From: Syntrophales bacterium
GTDB taxonomy: Bacteria > Desulfobacterota > Syntrophia > Syntrophales > UBA6807
Length of the DNA: 64,000 nucleotides
Assembly: GCA_040767195.1 (NCBI GenBank)
Contig: JAXGPA010000001.1
Span: 256,001 to 320,000, forward strand
Direction of reading: 5' to 3'
This document shows, in pieces, positions 58,185-64,000 of this stretch; the first letter of the stretch is position 1; each line of letters starts with the position of its first letter. Made by a program: the position numbers and the translations under genes. A model generated the notes under the pieces. The model saw only the letters and a program-made list of their open reading frames with translations. It did not search any database and was not told where the DNA came from.

Positions 58185-58631
58185 TCCATCACCTCGCCGG
58201 ATATGGTTTTTATTTGACTAACACAGGGGAAAGATAAAATCCATTCTCACTTTTTCACTTGACAGCCCCTGTTCAATTCAATATACCTTTTCCAGTATCG
58301 GACAATGCGGGCACAAAGCGTCTTGGGGGCACCATTCACCATTCCATCCGTTCCATCATGATGCGTTCTGTTTCGGACACGTTTCTTTTCTGTAATGGCG
58401 TGGTTTCAGCGCCATACACATTTTGCCGTTCTTTCGAAAGGTCTTTCGAGGATCCCCCCCTTTTTCAGTTGTCCTGTCAAAAAGGAAGCGATCTCTCACG
58501 ATGACTGGGTAACCGGAATCGTTCCGGTCAGAAATTCTTCCGGAAAGGAGGTGAGGGTTTTTCTGTTTCTTGAAGCACTCAGTATTTTGCGCAAGTGACG
58601 ACTCGAAGTAAATTCCTGAAAGGAGGGAAAT

Positions 58632-59687
58632 ATGCGCAAACTTCGGGAGAAAACAAAAAAAGCAGAGGTTTTGACTCTGGAACAGGCGATCAAAAAACAC
58701 GTCAAGGACGGCATGGTCGTCGCTTTCAGCGGGTTTACCGGTTTCAACCGGAACCCGGTGGCCCTGACCTGGGAAATGATCCGCCAGGGCAAGAAGGATT
58801 TCCACGTCATCGACCGTCACGGCAGCTGTTGCACCTGGATGCTGAACGCCGTCGGCGCCATGAAAATCTACGAGACGGACTGGATGGGCTGGGGCGAAAT
58901 GGCCGGCAAGCTCGACGTCAACCTGGAAAGGCAGTACAAGCGGGGCAAACTTATCCTGGAAGACTATTCCCACGGGGCCATGGCCATGCGGTTCCTCGCC
59001 GGGGCCATCGGCGCCCCCTTCATCCCCTACCATGCCCCCCTGGGCTCGGACCTCTACAACGACAAGTACGACGCCATGGGGAAAGCGGGACTTCGGGACG
59101 GCAGTAATCCCAAAATCCCCCTGAAGAAATACATCCCCATGGATGACCCCTTCTGGAAGGACGGGCTGGTTTACCTCCTGCCCGCCGCCCGGCCGGACGT
59201 CGCCTTCATTCACGTCACCCAGGCCGGCGAGAAGGGGACGGCCCGCTGGCGGGGCATCGGGACCATCGACAAGGAACTCTGCTTCGCCGCGGACAAGGTC
59301 ATCCTCACCTGCGAGGAGCTCGTTCCCGAGTCTGAACTCCGGAAGAACCCCGAGCAGAACCAGATCCCCTACTTCACCGTGGACGCCATCGTTCCCTGCC
59401 CCTTCGGCGGGTACCCGAGCGCCGTGCCGTTCTTCTACGACTACGACGCCCCCTTCATGCGGGGCATGGACGCCGCCTCCCGGAACGAGGAAGACCTGAA
59501 GAAGTGGCTCGACGACTGGGTCTACGGGCCAAAGACCTGGGAAGACCTCATTGTGAAGGTCGGCGCCAAACGCCTCATGGAACTCAAGGCGGACAGCGTT
59601 ACCGGTTACAGCACCCGGATCCTGCGGGGCAAGAAACCGGCACCGAGGATGACCATGCCCTTGTCGGTCATCCGAAGTGGCTACTAA
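58632..59687 (+). CDS. Family I CoA-transferase subunit A (glutaconate CoA-transferase-like)
   Basis: EDYSH.AMAMRFLAGAIGAPF, GSDL, PDVAFIHV and PFGGYPS motifs. Confidence 0.88.
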   Translation: MRKLREKTKKAEVLTLEQAIKKHVKDGMVVAFSGFTGFNRNPVALTWEMIRQGKKDFHVIDRHGSCCTWMLNAVGAMKIYETDWMGWGEMAGKLDVNLERQYKRGKLILEDYSHGAMAMRFLAGAIGAPFIPYHAPLGSDLYNDKYDAMGKAGLRDGSNPKIPLKKYIPMDDPFWKDGLVYLLPAARPDVAFIHVTQAGEKGTARWRGIGTIDKELCFAADKVILTCEELVPESELRKNPEQNQIPYFTVDAIVPCPFGGYPSAVPFFYDYDAPFMRGMDAASRNEEDLKKWLDDWVYGPKTWEDLIVKVGAKRLMELKADSVTGYSTRILRGKKPAPRMTMPLSVIRSGY

Positions 59688-59704
59688 GAAAGGGGGGAAG
59701 AACC

Positions 59705-60604
59705 ATGACAAAATCCATCGATGAATTGATTGCTTTGATCGACGTCATTCCCGACGTTCCCGCCAAGCCGGGCGAGTACATCCTGCCGGAACTCATGGCC
59801 ATCGCCATCGCCAACGAGGTCCGTAACGACGACATCGTTTTCGCCGGGACGGGGCTTCCCATGGTGGGGATCATGACCGCCAACTTCACGAACGCCCCGA
59901 ACGCCCTTCTCATTTACGAGGCGGGGATCTGTGACGGCAAGACCATGCACGTCCCCATGTCCGTCTGCGACCAGCGGGCGGCCAACATGAGCTCCTCTCT
60001 CGGCGGGCTCGTGGACACCTTCGGTTATTACCTCCAGCAGGGGTTCGTCACCCTGGGGTTCCTGGGCGGCGCCTCCATCGACAAGTACGGCGGCGTCAAC
60101 GTCACGTGCATCGGTGATTACTACACGCCGACCCACCGGTTCACCGGCAGCGGCGGTAACTCCGACATCGGGACCATGTCCCACCGGACGGCCTTCATCA
60201 TCCTCCAGGAAAAGAGACGGTTCCTGGAACGGAACGAATACACCACCACGCCGGGGCACTGGTGCTGGGACTTTAAGACAGGCGAGTGGAAACCCCGGAA
60301 AGAAGTCTGGAAAGGCACGCCCTTCGAGAACTGCGGACCCGTTGCCGTCGTGACCAACATGGGCGTCTACCGTTTCGACAACAAGGGCGAGATCTTCCTC
60401 GAAACCTATCATCCCGGCGTTACGGTTGAAAAAGTTAAGGAAAACTGCGGCTTTGACCTGAATGTGTCGAATGTGAAAGGGGAAACGAAGCACCCCACCT
60501 ACCGGGAACTTTTCGTTCTCCGCGAGTTTGTTGATGCCGAGCTGATCTTCCTTCCCCAGAAGGTGGATTATCCCCCGGATATCCAGAAAATCATCGACGG
60601 CTGA
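59705..60604 (+). CDS. Family I CoA-transferase subunit B (glutaconate CoA-transferase-like)
   Basis: FAGTGLP, LIYEAG (catalytic Glu), GFLGGASIDKYG, GSGGNSDI and HPGVT motifs; ATG 59705. Confidence 0.88.
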   Translation: MTKSIDELIALIDVIPDVPAKPGEYILPELMAIAIANEVRNDDIVFAGTGLPMVGIMTANFTNAPNALLIYEAGICDGKTMHVPMSVCDQRAANMSSSLGGLVDTFGYYLQQGFVTLGFLGGASIDKYGGVNVTCIGDYYTPTHRFTGSGGNSDIGTMSHRTAFIILQEKRRFLERNEYTTTPGHWCWDFKTGEWKPRKEVWKGTPFENCGPVAVVTNMGVYRFDNKGEIFLETYHPGVTVEKVKENCGFDLNVSNVKGETKHPTYRELFVLREFVDAELIFLPQKVDYPPDIQKIIDG

Positions 60605-60621
60605 TACGGAACGGCCACACG

Positions 60622-60653
60622 GCCGGGGAGGGAATCCCCTCCCCGGCTTTTTT
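60622..60653 (+). terminator. Rho-independent terminator
   Basis: GCCGGGGAGGG...CCCTCCCCGGC stem followed by TTTTTT. Confidence 0.75.
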
Positions 60654-60724
60654 AACTGGGAAAGCAACGGCCATCCCGGGACCCCGGCGATGGCGTCAAA
60701 ACATATGAAGGGCAAGGAGGCACA

Positions 60725-61882
60725 ATGAACTTTGAATTGACTGAAATCCAGAGGATGATCCAGGAAACGGCCCGGAACTTCGCCAGAAACGAGCTGGAGC
60801 CGGTAGCCGCCAAGCTGGACGAGACGGACGACCGGGAGACCTTTCTGAAAAACCTGAAGAAACTCGCCGACCTCGGTCTCATGGGTATCAACGTGAAGGC
60901 CGATTACGGCGGGTCGGAGGCGGGGGTCGTCTCTTTCAGCCTCGCCATGACGGAAATCGGCCGGGCCTGCGCGTCCACGGGCGTCACCATGTCGGTGAAC
61001 AACATGGTGGCCGAGGTGATCCAGTCCGTGGGTTCGGAGGAACAGAAGCAGAAATACTGCTCGAAAATCTGTTCCGGCGAATATCCCGCTGGCGGATTCG
61101 GCCTCACGGAAACCACCGCCGGTTCCGACCCGGCGGGCATGCGGACCACGGCGATCCTCGACGGGGACACCTGGGTTCTGAACGGCAACAAGATCTTCAT
61201 CACCAGCGCCGAGTACGCCGGCGTCTTCGTGTGCTGGGCCGTGTCGGACAAGACGGCGCCGAAAGGCCGGGGCATCAGCTGTTTCCTCGTGGAACAGGGC
61301 GATCCCGGTTTCCAGGTGGGCCGGGCGGAGCACAAGATGGGACAGCACGCCTCGGTGACGAACGAACTCGTCTTCGACAACTGCCGGATCCCCAAGAACC
61401 GGCTCATGAGCAAACCCAACGACGGCTTCCGCATCGCCCTGGGCGAGCTTGCCGGCGGCCGGATCGGCATCGGCTCCCTGGGACTGGGCATCGGGCTTGC
61501 CGCCATCGAGTACGCCGTCAAGTACGCCAAGGAAAGAGTGCAGTTCGGCCAGCCCATCGCCAATTTCCAGGCCATTCAGTGGATGATCGCCGAATCCTTC
61601 ACGGAACTCGAAGCGGCCCGGCTGCTCCTCATGAACGCCGCCTTCAAGAAGGAAAACGGCCAGCCTTTCGCCCGGGCGGCATCCATGGCCAAGTACTATG
61701 CCACGGAAGCGGCGGAGCGGGCCTGCTACAACGCCATCCAGATTCTTGGCGGTTACGGCTACACGCGGGAGTTCCCCGTGGAGCGGTTCTATCGGGACGT
61801 CCGGATCACCTCCATTTACGAGGGAACGAACCAGATCCAGCGCCTTGTCGTCGCACGGGACATCCTGGCCAGCCTGGGCTGA
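60725..61882 (+). CDS. Acyl-CoA dehydrogenase
   Basis: FGLTETTAGSD, LNGNKIFIT, GGRIGIG, RVQFGQPI and IYEGTNQIQR motifs. Confidence 0.95.
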   Translation: MNFELTEIQRMIQETARNFARNELEPVAAKLDETDDRETFLKNLKKLADLGLMGINVKADYGGSEAGVVSFSLAMTEIGRACASTGVTMSVNNMVAEVIQSVGSEEQKQKYCSKICSGEYPAGGFGLTETTAGSDPAGMRTTAILDGDTWVLNGNKIFITSAEYAGVFVCWAVSDKTAPKGRGISCFLVEQGDPGFQVGRAEHKMGQHASVTNELVFDNCRIPKNRLMSKPNDGFRIALGELAGGRIGIGSLGLGIGLAAIEYAVKYAKERVQFGQPIANFQAIQWMIAESFTELEAARLLLMNAAFKKENGQPFARAASMAKYYATEAAERACYNAIQILGGYGYTREFPVERFYRDVRITSIYEGTNQIQRLVVARDILASLG

Positions 61883-61923
61883 TCGGAAAAGCGGAAACTT
61901 TCCCCTCCCGGAGGGGAGCAGCG

Positions 61924-62000
61924 GAAGCTTTGAAAAATCTCTCCTGAGGGGGCGCGGGCAAGCGAAAGGAATCAGGAAGTTTTTCAAAGCTTCTTTTTTT
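61924..62000 (+). terminator. Long inverted repeat with U-tract (terminator or small REP-like element)
   Basis: GAAGCTTTGAAAAA...TTTTTCAAAGCTTC 14-bp perfect arms followed by T7. Confidence 0.55.
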
Positions 62001-62147
62001 ATCCTGATCATGAATTCCGGAATAACCCTCGGGGCGTTACCCCCGGGGGGACCGTAAGCGAAAGAAGGGAGGTGAAAGGAAAAACACACTGGGGAAGGCG
62101 TTCCAGGACATGCACGGGATTTAAAATTCAAGGAAGGAGGGAATTTT

Positions 62148-63476
62148 ATGCCCGCAGTCTTCAAAGATTACGTGAAGAAGAAGTTCGCCAGGCCGGGACC
62201 CCTGAAAGGTCTCCGGGTTTTGGAAGTCTGTACCCTTCTCTTCGGTCCGTCGGGACCCTCGTTTCTCGGTGAAATGGGGGCGGAAGTGATCAAGATCGAA
62301 CTCCCCCCCGCGGGAGACGTGACCCGGTCGCTGAATCCCTTCGGATGGCTCTACCGGGAGCAGGGTCCCATGTTCATGCACATCAACCCCAACAAGTATT
62401 ACATGGCCCTGGATCTCCACATCGACATCGCCCAGCAGATATTCAAGGAGCTGTGCGCCAAGTCGGACATCGTCGAGTTCAATCTCCGGCCCGCCGTGAC
62501 GAATCGGTGGAACATCGGGTACGAGGACATCCGGAAAGTCAATCCCAGCATCATCTACATCGAGAAAAACGGCTTCGGCCAGTGGGGCCGGTACGCCGAG
62601 GAGGACCGTCCCTCCAACGACGGCGCCGCCCAGGCCCTGTCCGGGTATGCCTGGATGTCAAGCTTCCCGAACCAGCCCCCCCTCAAGCAGTCCATCTGGA
62701 TCTGTGACTATTACGGCGGACTGATGGGGGAGGTGGCCGTTCTCGCGGCCCTTCACCACCGGAAAAAAACGGGGAAAGGCCAGTACATCGAGATGTCCCA
62801 GAGCGAGAACATCATGCGCACCATGGGGTGGATCTGGCCCTACCAGCAGCTGACCGGGAAAGGGGCGGAACCGTCGGGCAACCGGGACCAGTGCATCTGT
62901 CCCGCCGATACCTTCCTGTGCAAGGACAACCGGTTCGTCGCCCTGGCGGCGCCGGCGCCGGCCGAGTTCAAGGCTCTCTGCCAGGCCATGGGCAAACCGG
63001 AACTCGCCGAGGATCCCCGGTTCAAGGATCACGAAACCCGGCTGAAAGACGAAAACGCCCTGGCCATCCTCAAAATTATCGCCGACTGGGCCAGGACCCT
63101 GACAGCCGACGACATCGAGGCCCTGGGCGTCCGTCACGGCTTTTCCGCCAGCCGCCTCCACAACGCCAAGGACATGAACGAAAACCCCCACCGGAAAGAA
63201 CGGGACTTCGTAAAGCACATCGACGACCCCCTCTACGGCCGGTACGCCGAGCACTGCTTCCCCGTCATGATGTCCAAGACGCCCCCCAAGATCAAGTGGA
63301 CGGTGAGGCCCGTCGGTTTCGACAACGAGTACATCATGATGGATATCCTCGGGAGGAGCCGCTCCCAGATCAGCGAACTTTACACCCACGGTGTCCTCGG
63401 AAAATGGAAGGACATGCAGGGTCGCCGCCCCCCGAAGGAGTGGGACGGGAAAACCGGGGCTATCCTGAGGGGTTGA
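62148..63476 (+). CDS. Family III (CaiB/BaiF) CoA-transferase
   Basis: GPLKGLRVLE, GAEVIKIE, NPNK, GFGQWG and ICDYYGG (catalytic Asp) motifs. Confidence 0.92.
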   Translation: MPAVFKDYVKKKFARPGPLKGLRVLEVCTLLFGPSGPSFLGEMGAEVIKIELPPAGDVTRSLNPFGWLYREQGPMFMHINPNKYYMALDLHIDIAQQIFKELCAKSDIVEFNLRPAVTNRWNIGYEDIRKVNPSIIYIEKNGFGQWGRYAEEDRPSNDGAAQALSGYAWMSSFPNQPPLKQSIWICDYYGGLMGEVAVLAALHHRKKTGKGQYIEMSQSENIMRTMGWIWPYQQLTGKGAEPSGNRDQCICPADTFLCKDNRFVALAAPAPAEFKALCQAMGKPELAEDPRFKDHETRLKDENALAILKIIADWARTLTADDIEALGVRHGFSASRLHNAKDMNENPHRKERDFVKHIDDPLYGRYAEHCFPVMMSKTPPKIKWTVRPVGFDNEYIMMDILGRSRSQISELYTHGVLGKWKDMQGRRPPKEWDGKTGAILRG

Positions 63477-63488
63477 GGAGGTGGAACC

Positions 63489-64000
63489 ATGACAGACTAC
63501 AAAAGAGCGAAATGGGCCCAGTGGGCCGATTACATCCGTTCCCTGGATGACCCGGCCAAAAATTTCGAAAAGCCCGAAGCCCTGGACGACCTGGTTGTCA
63601 TCGACATCAGCTCGCGGAGCATGGCCGGCTGTTACTGTTCCTCCCTCCTGGCGGAACTCGGGGCGGAAACCATCCGCATCGAGCCCCCCGGCGGGGACCT
63701 GGTCCGGACTTACTCCCCCGGTGGAATCATGGAAAAAGGGACAGGCTTCGCCTACCTTCAGGAAGGGCGGAACAAGTACCACGTCACCCTCGACCTGGAA
63801 AAGGAGGAAGGGCGGGAAATCTTCAAACAGCTCATCGGTTCCGCCGATGTTCTCATCGAAACCTACCCGGCAGGGCAGATGGACGACTGGGGGCTCGGCT
63901 ACGATGTCCTCAGCCAGTTGAACCCGAGACTTCTCTACGCCTCCATCACCCTTCACGGCCAGTTCGGTCCGGAAAGCGAATGGAGGCAGTACGATTACGA
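63489..64000 (+). CDS. Family III (CaiB/BaiF) CoA-transferase, truncated by the window end
   Basis: Manual translation MTDYKRAKW...ALDDLVVIDIS...LAELGAETIRIEPPGGD...GRNKYHVTLDLEKEEGREIF...NPRLLYASITLHGQFGP; GGAGG RBS. Confidence 0.9.
   Translation, partial: MTDYKRAKWAQWADYIRSLDDPAKNFEKPEALDDLVVIDISSRSMAGCYCSSLLAELGAETIRIEPPGGDLVRTYSPGGIMEKGTGFAYLQEGRNKYHVTLDLEKEEGREIFKQLIGSADVLIETYPAGQMDDWGLGYDVLSQLNPRLLYASITLHGQFGPESEWRQYDY

Noticed and set aside
1..64000. CRISPR arrays, prophage, integrase/transposase or canonical anti-phage systems
   Set aside because: No regularly spaced repeats and no recognisable motifs for these were seen

Overview
GC-rich (roughly 60%, estimated by eye) chromosomal segment of an anaerobic deltaproteobacterium; gene content suggests a Syntrophales/Desulfobacterota-like organism (inference). 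From left to right: (1) a minus-strand corrinoid methyltransferase/one-carbon cluster (two MttB-superfamily methyltransferases, an AcsE-like methyl-THF:corrinoid methyltransferase, metF, a stand-alone MetH activation domain, MarR) lying just beyond the 3' end of tRNA-Glu(CUC)/tRNA-Gln(CUG) and gltX; (2) the housekeeping run yceD-rpmF-fabD-fabG-acpP-fabF-rpiB-glyA-dCMP deaminase-nrdR-ribE-ribBA-ribH-nusB-trkAH-leuS-lptE-rpsT, which lacks the plsX/fabH, ribD and holA genes usually embedded in it; (3) an MBL hydrolase-TPM-nucleotidyltransferase-LemA operon; (4) accessory genes including a half-size MFS protein, a 1022-aa lipoprotein that looks like a circularly permuted GH16 glycoside hydrolase split by nested beta-rich inserts, and an in-frame ferredoxin-YbaK fusion; (5) an expanded 'orange protein' (NifX-like/MinD-Fe-S/Mrp) cluster with a sigma54-like promoter and two matching palindromes; (6) fmt, an aminotransferase, an MFS transporter, a haloalkane dehalogenase, a WtpABC tungstate/molybdate transporter and a NIL-ferredoxin; (7) an acyl-CoA catabolic cluster (family I CoA-transferase A/B, acyl-CoA dehydrogenase, two family III CoA-transferases, the last truncated by the window). 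Two copies and several end-remnants of a MITE/REP-like palindromic repeat are present. I saw no CRISPR array, rRNA, integrase or transposase. All assignments are by eye from motifs, without database searches.
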